Source: Mycobacterium tuberculosis H37Rv (lineage in GTDB: Bacteria > Actinomycetota > Actinomycetes > Mycobacteriales > Mycobacteriaceae). Taken from it: a stretch of 32,000 bases of DNA. Numbering within the stretch: position 1 is the first letter of the stretch; the number at the start of each line of letters is the position of its first letter. The position numbers and the translations under genes were made by a program. Positions 1 to 14,015 of this stretch are shown in pieces. A model generated the notes under the pieces. That model was not told where the DNA came from. It worked only from the letters and a program-made list of their open reading frames with translations, and did not search any database. The stretch is taken from contig NC_000962.3 in assembly GCF_000195955.2 (NCBI RefSeq), positions 540,001-572,000 on the forward strand, read 5' to 3'.

Positions 1-1931
<1,931 letters not shown>

Positions 1932-2005
1932 TCACCGGTTGGCAGTGGTACGGCGGACGATACCCAACTTTCAAAATCCGTTCGAGCTGGTCGCTACTTG
2001 AACGC

Positions 2006-2024
2006 AACTAAGCCTAGCCTAAGT
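2006..2024 (-). promoter_or_regulatory. Candidate IdeR iron box upstream of mmpS4
   Basis: Plus strand AACTAAGCCTAGCCTAAGT (reverse complement ACTTAGGCTAGGCTTAGTT) closely resembles the IdeR consensus TTAGGTTAGGCTAACCTAA. It lies about 100 bp upstream of mmpS4. Confidence 0.8.
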
Positions 2025-2141
2025 AAAACATGGTTTTAGGCCCGAGCTCTCGACTCCTTACCTCGTTCGCTGGAGTGTAACGCATATCACGTGCGTAACG
2101 GCACGCTACGTTATCGGCAGCCCTCTTACAAATCACACGGT

Positions 2142-2852
2142 GTGCGTTATCCTCTGGCGGTGGCGCAACTCGGCTTCCAGCGCGCCCGCACCGAGGAAAA
2201 CAAGCGCCAACGTGCGGCGGCGCTGGTGGAAGCCGCGCGGTCGCTGGCGCTGGAGACGGGCGTGGCATCGGTGACGTTAACGGCTGTCGCAGGTCGTGCC
2301 GGGATTCACTACTCTGCGGTGCGCCGCTACTTCACCTCGCACAAAGAAGTGCTGCTGCACCTCGCCGCCGAGGGTTGGGCGCGGTGGTCGGGCACGGTAT
2401 GCGAGCAGCTGGGCGAGCCGGGGCCGATGTCGGCACCGCGGGTGGCCGAGGCACTGGCCAACGGTCTGGCCGCCGATCCGCTGTTTTGTGATCTGCTTGC
2501 CAATCTGCATCTGCATCTCGAGCAGGAGGTGGATGTCGACCGGGTCATCGAGGTCAAGCGGACCAGCATCGCAGCCGTGATAGCGCTCGTCGACGCGATC
2601 GAAAGCGCATTGCCGGCACTCGGGCGTTCTGGGGCATTCGACATCCTGCTGGCCGCTTACTCGCTGGCGGCCACCCTGTGGCAGATCGCCAATCCGCCGG
2701 AGCGGCTCACCGACGCCTATGCCGAGGAGCCAGAGTTGCTCCCACCGGAGTGGAACCTCGACTTTGCTGCCGCGCTTACTCGCCTGCTCACCGCTACGCT
2801 TCTCGGCCTGCTCGCCGGATCCCCATGCGAATGCCGGTCGCCAACGCGCTGA
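2142..2852 (+). CDS. TetR-family transcriptional regulator, divergent from mmpS4-mmpL4
   Basis: Track ORF 2091..2852. The probable GTG start at 2142 gives 236 aa. The N-terminal HTH has the TetR pattern (ALVEAARSLALETGVASVTLTAVAGRAGIHYSAVRRYFTSHKEVLLHL). Matches Rv0452. Confidence 0.88.
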   Translation: MRYPLAVAQLGFQRARTEENKRQRAAALVEAARSLALETGVASVTLTAVAGRAGIHYSAVRRYFTSHKEVLLHLAAEGWARWSGTVCEQLGEPGPMSAPRVAEALANGLAADPLFCDLLANLHLHLEQEVDVDRVIEVKRTSIAAVIALVDAIESALPALGRSGAFDILLAAYSLAATLWQIANPPERLTDAYAEEPELLPPEWNLDFAAALTRLLTATLLGLLAGSPCECRSPTR

Positions 2853-3042
2853 AGCGGGTGCGGGACGAAGGGGGCGCCGGACTTGGGCCCGCTTGGCGGC
2901 GGTAGGTGACCAAACTCACGCTTCTTGGGCGTGCGCCGCAGCCGAACCACGACTATTGCTAGTTGCAAACGATAGTCATAGTCAATTGTTGCCAGACGCA
3001 CAGCTGGTGTTGGCGGGAGTCGCCGATAGAGGAGTGTTCGAC

Positions 3043-3177
3043 ATGACGTTGCACGTCGGTGCCGACGGCCTAGAGACCGCAACTACGGCGCGCGCCGTGG
3101 CGGTCGCTAGGTCCGGAATGGATTGTGTGGCCGGTGATGCGTCAGGGGCGACTTCGTGCCTACGCGGTGAGCTATGA
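3043..3177 (+). pseudogene. PE-family remnant with internal deletion, overlapping the PPE11 start
   Basis: In-frame 44-codon [47 protein letters not shown], preceded by GAGGAG. Its N-terminus resembles MTLRVVPEGLA... and its C-terminus resembles [21 protein letters not shown] of PE proteins. The stop overlaps the PPE11 ATG (ATGA, 3174-3177). Confidence 0.55.
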
Positions 3178-4730
3178 CGAGCGCACTGATATGGATGGCC
3201 TCTCCGCCGGAGGTGCATTCGGCCTTGTTGAGTAGTGGGCCGGGGCCGGGGCCGGTACTGGCCGCCGCCACAGGGTGGTCGTCACTGGGCCGTGAATACG
3301 CCGCGGTTGCTGAGGAACTCGGGGCATTGCTGGCTGCGGTGCAAGCCGGGGTGTGGCAGGGGCCCAGCGCCGAATCATTTGCTGCCGCGTGCCTGCCGTA
3401 TCTGTCTTGGTTGACGCAGGCCAGCGCCGACTGCGCCGCGGCGGCTGCCCGGCTGGAGGCGGTGACCGCCGCCTACGCCGCGGCTTTGGTGGCCATGCCC
3501 ACCCTGGCCGAGTTGGCGGCTAACCACGCGACCCACGGGGCCATGGTGGCGACCAATTTCTTCGGGATCAACACCATACCGATCGCGGTCAACGAGGCCG
3601 ACTACGTGCGGATGTGGCTTCAGGCGGCCACCACGATGGCCACCTATCAAGCGGTCGCGGACTCGGCGGTGCGCTCGATCCCGGACAGCGTGCCTCCGCC
3701 GCGAATTCTGAAATCCAATGCCCAATCCCAACACTCGAGCTCGAATAATTCCGGGGGCGCGGACCCGGTGGACGACTTCATTGCAGAGATCTTGAAGATC
3801 ATCACCGGCGGTCGCGTGATCTGGGACCCCGAAGCCGGCACTGTCAACGGCCTCCCCTATGACGCTTATACCAACCCCGGCACACTCATGTGGTGGATTG
3901 CCAGAAGTCTGGAACTTCTTCAAGACTTTCAAGAGTTCGCCAAGCTGCTGTTCACCAATCCGGTGAAGGCTTTTCAGTTCCTTGTCGACCTCATCCTGTT
4001 CGACTGGCCTACACACATGCTGCAGCTGGCTACCTGGCTGGCCGAGAACCCGCAGTTGCTGGTGGCTGCGCTCACCCCAGCCATCTCCGGACTGGGAGCG
4101 GTATCGGGGTTGGCCGGGTTGACCGGCCTAGTCCCTCAGCCCCCCGTCGTGCCCGCGCCGGCACCCGATGCGGTCGTGCCCACCGTGTTGCCACTCGCCG
4201 GGACGGCCACGCCGACTACCGCGCCGGCCAGCGCCCCGGCCGCCGGAGCGGCGCCCGGGCCCCCGGCCGGTACCGCCACTGCCACATCGGCGTCGGTGCC
4301 AACGAGCGCCGGCGGCTTTCCCCCTTACCTCGTGGGCAGCGGTCCAGGCATCGACTTCGACGCGGGGACGCCCGCCGGTTCCAGGAGAGCGCAGCCCGCC
4401 GCGGATAACGTCACGGCCGTGGCGGCAGCGCAGGTGTCGGCCCGTCATCAGGCACGTCGGCGCCGACGAGCGGCGGCGAAGGAACGTGGCAACGCCGACG
4501 AGTTCGTCGATATGGACTCCGGCCCGGCGATTCCGCCGTCGGGCGAGCGGGACGCTTGGGCGTCCAATTCGGGCGTGGGCGGGCTGGGGTTTGCCGGCAC
4601 CGCAAGCAACGAGACGGTGGCAGCGCCGGCCGGATTGACCACGCTGGCCGACGATGAGTTCCAGTGTGGCCCACGGATGCCGATGCTGCCGGGCGCTTGG
4701 GACTTGGGAACTTGGGACCGCGGGGACTGA
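3174..4730 (+). CDS. PPE11: PPE family protein PPE11
   Basis: 518 aa ORF with the PPE N-terminal domain ([10 protein letters not shown]-like start, WxxLxxEYAxxAxEL, [36 protein letters not shown]) and C-terminal PPxPR-type features. Confidence 0.93.
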   Translation: MTSALIWMASPPEVHSALLSSGPGPGPVLAAATGWSSLGREYAAVAEELGALLAAVQAGVWQGPSAESFAAACLPYLSWLTQASADCAAAAARLEAVTAAYAAALVAMPTLAELAANHATHGAMVATNFFGINTIPIAVNEADYVRMWLQAATTMATYQAVADSAVRSIPDSVPPPRILKSNAQSQHSSSNNSGGADPVDDFIAEILKIITGGRVIWDPEAGTVNGLPYDAYTNPGTLMWWIARSLELLQDFQEFAKLLFTNPVKAFQFLVDLILFDWPTHMLQLATWLAENPQLLVAALTPAISGLGAVSGLAGLTGLVPQPPVVPAPAPDAVVPTVLPLAGTATPTTAPASAPAAGAAPGPPAGTATATSASVPTSAGGFPPYLVGSGPGIDFDAGTPAGSRRAQPAADNVTAVAAAQVSARHQARRRRRAAAKERGNADEFVDMDSGPAIPPSGERDAWASNSGVGGLGFAGTASNETVAAPAGLTTLADDEFQCGPRMPMLPGAWDLGTWDRGD

Positions 4731-4735
4731 TTACC

Positions 4736-5059
4736 CTACAACGCAGCGACGTCGCGCATGATGTCGGTGGGTTCGCGCACCGGCGCCCCACAGGTCAGGC
4801 AGAACGCGCCCGGGGAACGGGTGAGCCGACCGACTTGAAGCAGGACTTTGGCCTCGACGTGCCACAAGCAGGCAATGCACAGAATTTCGACGGTGTTCCC
4901 GAATGGGTCCAGGTCGGGGTCGTTACATTCGTCTACCGCATGCAGATGCACCACGTAACTCGCCCGGTTGGTGCACCCGGCTCCGGACTGGCAGGTGATT
5001 CCACCCCAGTCCAGGGCCGCCAGCGTGTGTGGGATCTCGTTGCCGGGCGCTTGACTCAT
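4736..5059 (-). CDS. Small Cys-rich (zinc-ribbon-like) protein
   Basis: The C-terminal 107 aa of track ORF 4736..5290, starting at ATG 5059: MSQAPGNEIPHTLAALDWGGITCQSGAGCTNRASYVVHLHAVDECNDPDLDPFGNTVEILCIACLWHVEAKVLLQVGRLTRSPGAFCLTCGAPVREPTDIMRDVAAL. The C-x5-C, CxxC, CxxCG pattern, the GGAG upstream of the ATG and the 5-bp convergent gap to PPE11 support it. Confidence 0.7.
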   Translation of the reverse strand: MSQAPGNEIPHTLAALDWGGITCQSGAGCTNRASYVVHLHAVDECNDPDLDPFGNTVEILCIACLWHVEAKVLLQVGRLTRSPGAFCLTCGAPVREPTDIMRDVAAL

Positions 5060-5374
5060 GCGCCGCGCTCCAGTGTCCAGGCCATGCGGCCCACGATGTT
5101 TACCTCTGCCCCGCAACGGCATGGTATCCCGGCGCGTGGCCGGTGGTGGCTGGGCTACCAAGAGCGAAGTCGGGCATGGCCTTAGTCCTAGTGGTACGCG
5201 ATAGGTCGTCGAATTCCGTGGGTGATGGATATGACTATTTCGTAGCTGGTCGCCAGAATCAATCCGCCGAACGGCGGCTGATGGGCCCAACGGGCTGTCC
5301 CCCGAATGGTGGACAACATTTCCGGGTTCGTTGCAAACGACCGCGCTTTGACGCCGGTTAGCTTTAGGCCGGAC

Positions 5375-6803
<1,429 letters not shown>

Positions 6804-7075
6804 AGCAGCAGCGAAGTCACTTCGGCCCTAAGGGTCAAGTGTCTCAGCGGGGATCGTGATAACGCCGCTGGTTCGAAGCTTCGGCCAACCCGGGCGCAGG
6901 GTTTCGCTAGCTGGCATTTGCATGCCTCGGGCATCGGTGTCCGGTTGCGCTCTTTGCTCCGACGTTAGCCGCAGGGCCCTGCGGCTAGGCGCGGCCGGTG
7001 CCGTTGGCCGCGGCGGCAATCGATGTTGCAGCAGTTACAACGCCAAATGGAGTCTGAGCGCATCGTCGAGTTCGA

Positions 7076-7357
7076 TCAGCTCGGCAGGGGAGACGTTGCG
7101 CAGCGACGGATCCAACCTGCTGGGCCTGCGCCTTCGAATCGACGGCCAGGCCACCGCTCGCTGCCGGCAACAACACCTGGAATGGGGACCTTTTCGGTGT
7201 TGCTGGTAACCGGGACAACCGGCACCACGCCTCGGTCGAGACGTATCGCGGCAGCGTTGGCCCTGTCGTTGCTGACAATTACCGCTGGCCGCCGCATATT
7301 TGCCGCGCTGCCGCGGGCCGGATCCAGGTCGACCTGCCAGATCTCACCGCGCAGCAT
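7076..7357 (-). CDS. mazF1: MazF-like endoribonuclease toxin, apparently with a frameshifted C-terminus
   Basis: 93 aa. The N-terminal 57 aa is canonical MazF (MLRGEIWQVDLDPARGSAANMRRPAVIVSNDRAN...GVVPVVPVTSNTEKV). The conserved C-terminal half (PFQVLLPA...GLAVDSKAQAQQV) continues in another frame. Confidence 0.8.
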   Translation of the reverse strand: MLRGEIWQVDLDPARGSAANMRRPAVIVSNDRANAAAIRLDRGVVPVVPVTSNTEKVPIPGVVAGSERWPGRRFEGAGPAGWIRRCATSPLPS

Positions 7358-7517
7358 CTACGCCGTTCGCTGCAAACCGCCGACTGCGACGGCAGGCCCA
7401 CTCTCTTGGCATGCGTCCAATGCTGCGACGTCCTCGGTAGACAAGCTCACGCTTGGCTTCATGCCGCAGTCCTACCCATGTAGTAACAGATAGTAATACG
7501 TAGTAATAGGTAGTAAT
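7344..7517 (-). CDS. mazE1: Putative MazE1 antitoxin, 57 codons from a non-canonical ATT start; the reading frame is uncertain
   Basis: Hand translation from ATT 7517: (M)TTYYYVLLSVTTWVGLRHEAKRELVYRGRRSIGRMPREWACRRSRRFAANGVDAAR*. The stop overlaps the mazF start by 14 nt. An alternative frame at 7358..7462 gives MKPSVSLSTEDVAALDACQESGPAVAVGGLQRTA*, which looks more like an RHH antitoxin. Confidence 0.45.
   Translation of the reverse strand: MTTYYYVLLSVTTWVGLRHEAKRELVYRGRRSIGRMPREWACRRSRRFAANGVDAAR
7481..7516. repeat. Four TAGTAA repeats at exact 10-bp spacing
   Basis: tagtaacaga/tagtaatacg/tagtaatagg/tagtaatgca start at 7481, 7491, 7501 and 7511. Confidence 0.9.
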
Positions 7518-7585
7518 GCAGTATCAATCGGCTACAACTCGATAGCCACGTTATTTGGGCTAAGTCCACCGTTCGTGAATGCCGG

Positions 7586-9616
7586 TTAGCCGGCCAGCAT
7601 CCGCCATAGGAACGCGAAACTCAGCGCCGATTTGAATGCGATCTGTGCGTTGTCGGCTGCGCCGGCGTGCCCACCCTCGATGTTTTCGTAATACCAGACG
7701 GGGTGGCCCGCAGCCTGCAGGGCCGCCGTCATTTTGCGGGCGTGGCCGGGGTGCACCCGATCGTCGCGGGTAGAGGTCGTCATGAGTACTGGCGGGTATT
7801 TCCGGTTCGCCGAAATGTTTTGGTATGGCGAATATTCAGAGATGAACTTCCAGTCATCCGGGTTATCCGGATCGCCGTATTCGGCCATCCAGGAAGCGCC
7901 GGCCAGCAGCAGGTGGTACCGCTTCATGTCCAGCAGCGGCACGTCGCAGACCAGCGCGCCGAACTTCTCCGGGTACCCGGTCAACATGATGCCCATCAGC
8001 AGCCCACCGTTGCTGCCGCCCCGCGCGCCGAGCTGCTCAGCGGTGGTGATGCCGCGGGTCACCAAATCGGTTGCCACGGCGGCGAAGTCTTGGGCGACCT
8101 TGTCCCGGCCCTCGCGCATCGCCTGCGTGTGCCAGCCAGGCCCGTACTCGCCGCCGCCGCGGATGTTGGCCAACGCATAGGTGCCCCCGCGGGCCAGCCA
8201 CAGCCGGCCCAGGACGCCGTCATACGTCGGCGTTCTGGATGTCTCGAATCCACCGTAGCCGTTCAACAATGTGGGGCCGGGATTGTCCGCGTCGGTGCGT
8301 CGCACGACGAAATACGGGATCGATGTGCCATCGTCTGATGTCGCGAAATACTGTGTTACAGCCATGTTTTCCGCGTCGAAGAAAGCTGGCGCAGATTTGA
8401 TCTCTGCTAGTCGGCCGTCATCGGTGCCGCGCATCAGCCGCGACGGCGTATCGAATCCACTGGAGTCGAGGAAGAACTCGTCGCCGTGGCTGTCGGCGGA
8501 GACGATGACGGTGTTGGTGGCGGCGGGGATACCTGAGAGTGGCTCACGTCGCCAGCTGCCGGGAGTTGCGATCTCGACGCGGCTCGCCACGTCGGCCAGG
8601 GTGACGATCAACAGCCGGTCTCGGGTCCAGGCGTATTGGTACAGCGCGGTGTGCTCGTCGGGTTCGAACACCACCTGTAATTCCGCTGAGCCGGCAAGGA
8701 ATTCGTCGTATTCGGCGGCCAGCAGTGAGCCGGCAGTGTACCTGGTGGTGGCCACGGTCCAGTCGGTGCGCAGCTCGATCAACAGCCAGTCGCGGTGAAT
8801 TGACACGCTCGCGTCGGTGGGGGCTTCGATTCGGATCAGCTCCGAACCACGCAATTCGTAGACCTCTTCGTTCCAGAAGTCGAGGGCCCGTCCCAGCAGG
8901 GTGCGCTCGAATCCGGGCGTGCGATCCGCTGACGCGTTGACGCGGACGTCGGTGCCCGCGCCCTCGAAGATTGTCTCCGCATCGGCCAGCGGTTTGCCCC
9001 GGCGCCATCGCTTGATCACTCGCGGATAGCCGGAAGTGGTGAGCGAGTCGCCGCCGAAGTCGGTGCCCAGCAAGACAGTGTCCGGGTCCTCCCAGGTAAT
9101 CTGGGATTTGGCCGGTGGCAGCTGGAACCCATCCTCGACGAATTCGCGTGTCAGCATGTCGAATTCACGCACAATGGATGCATCCGAGCCGCCCGGGGAC
9201 AGGCCGATCAGCGCGCGCGTGTAGTCGGGTTCGATGACACCGGCGCCGCCCCACACCCACTTCTGGTCGTCGGCGCGGCCCAGTTCATCAACATCGATCA
9301 GCACATCCCAGCCCGGCGAGTCGGTGCGGTAGCTGTCCAGCGTGGTGCGCCGCCACAACCCGCGGGGGTTGGCGGCATCGCGCCAGAAGTTGTAGAGATA
9401 GTTGCCGCGCCTGTTCACATAGGGGATTCGGGCATCGGTGTCGAGCACCTCGAGCGCCTCGACGCGCATCCGCTCGAACTCTGCGTCGCAGAACGCCGCC
9501 GTTGTCGGCTTGTTGCGCGCGCGTACCCAATCCAGCGCTTCCGCACCGGTGACGTCCTCGAGCCATAGGTAGGGGTCAGCGCCGTCTGGGGCAGGCTCAA
9601 ATGTCATGGAAGCCAT
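7586..9616 (-). CDS. Prolyl oligopeptidase family peptidase
   Basis: 676 aa (start may be 3 codons in). S9 catalytic motif GGSNGGLLMG, N-terminal DPYLWLEDVTGAEALDWV, C-terminal DDRVHPGHARKM and HAGA. Matches Rv0457c. Confidence 0.93.
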   Translation of the reverse strand: MASMTFEPAPDGADPYLWLEDVTGAEALDWVRARNKPTTAAFCDAEFERMRVEALEVLDTDARIPYVNRRGNYLYNFWRDAANPRGLWRRTTLDSYRTDSPGWDVLIDVDELGRADDQKWVWGGAGVIEPDYTRALIGLSPGGSDASIVREFDMLTREFVEDGFQLPPAKSQITWEDPDTVLLGTDFGGDSLTTSGYPRVIKRWRRGKPLADAETIFEGAGTDVRVNASADRTPGFERTLLGRALDFWNEEVYELRGSELIRIEAPTDASVSIHRDWLLIELRTDWTVATTRYTAGSLLAAEYDEFLAGSAELQVVFEPDEHTALYQYAWTRDRLLIVTLADVASRVEIATPGSWRREPLSGIPAATNTVIVSADSHGDEFFLDSSGFDTPSRLMRGTDDGRLAEIKSAPAFFDAENMAVTQYFATSDDGTSIPYFVVRRTDADNPGPTLLNGYGGFETSRTPTYDGVLGRLWLARGGTYALANIRGGGEYGPGWHTQAMREGRDKVAQDFAAVATDLVTRGITTAEQLGARGGSNGGLLMGIMLTGYPEKFGALVCDVPLLDMKRYHLLLAGASWMAEYGDPDNPDDWKFISEYSPYQNISANRKYPPVLMTTSTRDDRVHPGHARKMTAALQAAGHPVWYYENIEGGHAGAADNAQIAFKSALSFAFLWRMLAG

Positions 9617-9674
9617 TGTGGCCCCGGCGGTAGTGTGAGCTGTATTACATGATTTTGACGAGGAGCCGAATACG

Positions 9675-11197
<1,523 letters not shown>

Positions 11198-11198
<1 letters not shown>

Positions 11199-11689
11199 TG
11201 AACGCTCCCGCGGGGGTGCTCATCACCGCCGAGGCCGCCGCGCTGCTGGCTGGGTTACAGGACCGGCACGGTCCGGTGATGTTCCACCAATCCGGCGGCT
11301 GCTGCGACGGGTCCGCGCCGATGTGCTACCCGCGGGCGGACTTCCTGGTCGGTGACCGCGACATCTTGCTGGGTGTGTTGGACGTCGGGGAAGACGGCGT
11401 GCCGGTGTGGATTTCGGGCCCGCAGTACCAGGCCTGGAAGCACACCCAGCTGATCATCGACGTGGTGCCGGGCCGCGGTGGCGGGTTCAGTCTGGAAGCG
11501 CCCGAGGGCGTGCGCTTTCTCAGCAGAGGTCGGGTGTTCAGCGACGCCGAAAAGGCGATGCGGGAGGCTGCGCCGGTGATCACCGGCGCAGCCTACGAGT
11601 GCGGCGAACGACCGTTAGTGCGGGGTCTTGTCGTCGATCTCGACGATCCAGATGCCACGCCGGGAGTGTGCCGCGCCAGTCGGCGGTAG
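11198..11689 (+). CDS. DUF779 family protein
   Basis: 163 aa, overlapping the ALDH stop by 1 nt (TGATG). Motifs HGPVMFHQSGGCCDGSAPMCYP, characteristic of the ALDH-linked DUF779 family. Matches Rv0459. Confidence 0.88.
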
Positions 11690-11748
11690 CCGCAGTAAGG
11701 TCGTAGACCGTGATCCCCCTTCCGCGGTCATGGCAGCTGACCAGCGCG

Positions 11749-11988
11749 ATGCTGGTTGGTAATGCGATCGGACTGCTAGCGGGGGTGGCGTGCAGCGTGC
11801 TGGTGCATGCCCGGATCCGTCCGGACATCGTCATCGCAATGGTAGTCGGGATTCCCAGCGCGATCGGGCTGCTGGTCATCCTGTTCTCCGGACGTCGATG
11901 GGTGACGATGCTGGGCGCGTTCATCCTGGCGTTGGCGCCGGGTTGGTTTGGTGTGCTGGTTGCGATCCAGGTGGCGTCCAGTGGCTGA
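11749..11988 (+). CDS. Small hydrophobic membrane protein
   Basis: 79 aa from the internal ATG of track ORF 11710..11988; MLVGNAIGLLAGVACSVLVHARIRPDIVIAMVVGIPSAIGLL..., with several TM-like stretches. Matches Rv0460. Confidence 0.7.
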   Translation: MLVGNAIGLLAGVACSVLVHARIRPDIVIAMVVGIPSAIGLLVILFSGRRWVTMLGAFILALAPGWFGVLVAIQVASSG

Positions 11989-12550
11989 CAACGATTACCG
12001 GTCGGCACCCGGAACCGAGCCGTTTGTGCCCGATTTCGACACCGGCGCACACTCGCAGCGGTTCCTCTCGTTGGCCGGCCAGCAGGACAGGGCGGGGAAA
12101 TCCTGGCCAGGCTCGACGCCGAAGCCGCAGGAGGACCCCGTGGGTGTCGCGCCTTCGGCCAGCGTCGAGGTGCTGGGGTCCGAGCCGGCCGCCACGCTAG
12201 CGCACTCGGTTACAGTACCCGGTCGATATACCTACCTGAAGTGGTGGAAGTTCGTTCTAGTGGTCCTCGGCGTATGGATCGGTGCTGGCGAGGTCGGCCT
12301 GAGCTTGTTCTACTGGTGGTATCACACACTCGACAAGACGGCCGCCGTGTTCGTCGTCCTGGTCTACGTCGTCGCGTGCACCGTCGGTGGCTTGATCCTG
12401 GCGCTGGTGCCGGGCAGGCCACTGATCACGGCGTTGTCCCTCGGAGTGATGTCGGGGCCGTTTGCCTCGGTCGCCGCCGCGGCGCCGCTCTACGGCTACT
12501 ACTACTGCGAGCGGATGAGTCATTGCCTGGTCGGCGTCATTCCGTACTAG
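11981..12550 (+). CDS. Membrane protein of unknown function
   Basis: Track ORF 11948..12550. The GTG at 11981 overlaps the preceding stop. Three TM-like segments in the C-terminal part. Matches Rv0461; start uncertain. Confidence 0.75.
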   Translation: MADNDYRSAPGTEPFVPDFDTGAHSQRFLSLAGQQDRAGKSWPGSTPKPQEDPVGVAPSASVEVLGSEPAATLAHSVTVPGRYTYLKWWKFVLVVLGVWIGAGEVGLSLFYWWYHTLDKTAAVFVVLVYVVACTVGGLILALVPGRPLITALSLGVMSGPFASVAAAAPLYGYYYCERMSHCLVGVIPY

Positions 12551-12613
12551 TCGGTTGTCGGACTTGACCTACTGGGTCAGGCCGACGAGCACTCGACCAT
12601 TAGGGTAGGGGCC

Positions 12614-14008
12614 GTGACCCACTATGACGTCGTCGTTCTCGGAGCCGGTCCCGGCGGGTATGTCGCGGCGATTCGCGCCGCACAGCTCGGCCTGAGCACT
12701 GCAATCGTCGAACCCAAGTACTGGGGCGGAGTATGCCTCAATGTCGGCTGTATCCCATCCAAGGCGCTGTTGCGCAACGCCGAACTGGTCCACATCTTCA
12801 CCAAGGACGCCAAAGCATTTGGCATCAGCGGCGAGGTGACCTTCGACTACGGCATCGCCTATGACCGCAGCCGAAAGGTAGCCGAGGGCAGGGTGGCCGG
12901 TGTGCACTTCCTGATGAAGAAGAACAAGATCACCGAGATCCACGGGTACGGCACATTTGCCGACGCCAACACGTTGTTGGTTGATCTCAACGACGGCGGT
13001 ACAGAATCGGTCACGTTCGACAACGCCATCATCGCGACCGGCAGTAGCACCCGGCTGGTTCCCGGCACCTCACTGTCGGCCAACGTAGTCACCTACGAGG
13101 AACAGATCCTGTCCCGAGAGCTGCCGAAATCGATCATTATTGCCGGAGCTGGTGCCATTGGCATGGAGTTCGGCTACGTGCTGAAGAACTACGGCGTTGA
13201 CGTGACCATCGTGGAATTCCTTCCGCGGGCGCTGCCCAACGAGGACGCCGATGTGTCCAAGGAGATCGAGAAGCAGTTCAAAAAGCTGGGTGTCACGATC
13301 CTGACCGCCACGAAGGTCGAGTCCATCGCCGATGGCGGGTCGCAGGTCACCGTGACCGTCACCAAGGACGGCGTGGCGCAAGAGCTTAAGGCGGAAAAGG
13401 TGTTGCAGGCCATCGGATTTGCGCCCAACGTCGAAGGGTACGGGCTGGACAAGGCAGGCGTCGCGCTGACCGACCGCAAGGCTATCGGTGTCGACGACTA
13501 CATGCGTACCAACGTGGGCCACATCTACGCTATCGGCGATGTCAATGGATTACTGCAGCTGGCGCACGTCGCCGAGGCACAAGGCGTGGTAGCCGCCGAA
13601 ACCATTGCCGGTGCAGAGACTTTGACGCTGGGCGACCATCGGATGTTGCCGCGCGCGACGTTCTGTCAGCCAAACGTTGCCAGCTTCGGGCTCACCGAGC
13701 AGCAAGCCCGCAACGAAGGTTACGACGTGGTGGTGGCCAAGTTCCCGTTCACGGCCAACGCCAAGGCGCACGGCGTGGGTGACCCCAGTGGGTTCGTCAA
13801 GCTGGTGGCCGACGCCAAGCACGGCGAGCTACTGGGTGGGCACCTGGTCGGCCACGACGTGGCCGAGCTGCTGCCGGAGCTCACGCTGGCGCAGAGGTGG
13901 GACCTGACCGCCAGCGAGCTGGCTCGCAACGTCCACACCCACCCAACGATGTCTGAGGCGCTGCAGGAGTGCTTCCACGGCCTGGTTGGCCACATGATCA
14001 ATTTCTGA
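12614..14008 (+). CDS. lpdC: Dihydrolipoamide dehydrogenase
   Basis: 464 aa. FAD-binding [19 protein letters not shown], redox-active [14 protein letters not shown]-terminal HTHPTMSE. Confidence 0.97.
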
Positions 14009-14015
14009 GCGGCTC

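Noticed and set aside
5029-5361. 110-aa plus-strand ORF between PPE11 and the Rv0455c-like gene
   Set aside because: Atypical composition and partial overlap with the more protein-like minus-strand Cys-rich ORF. It is not reported as a CDS, though the annotated Rv0454 may derive from this strand.
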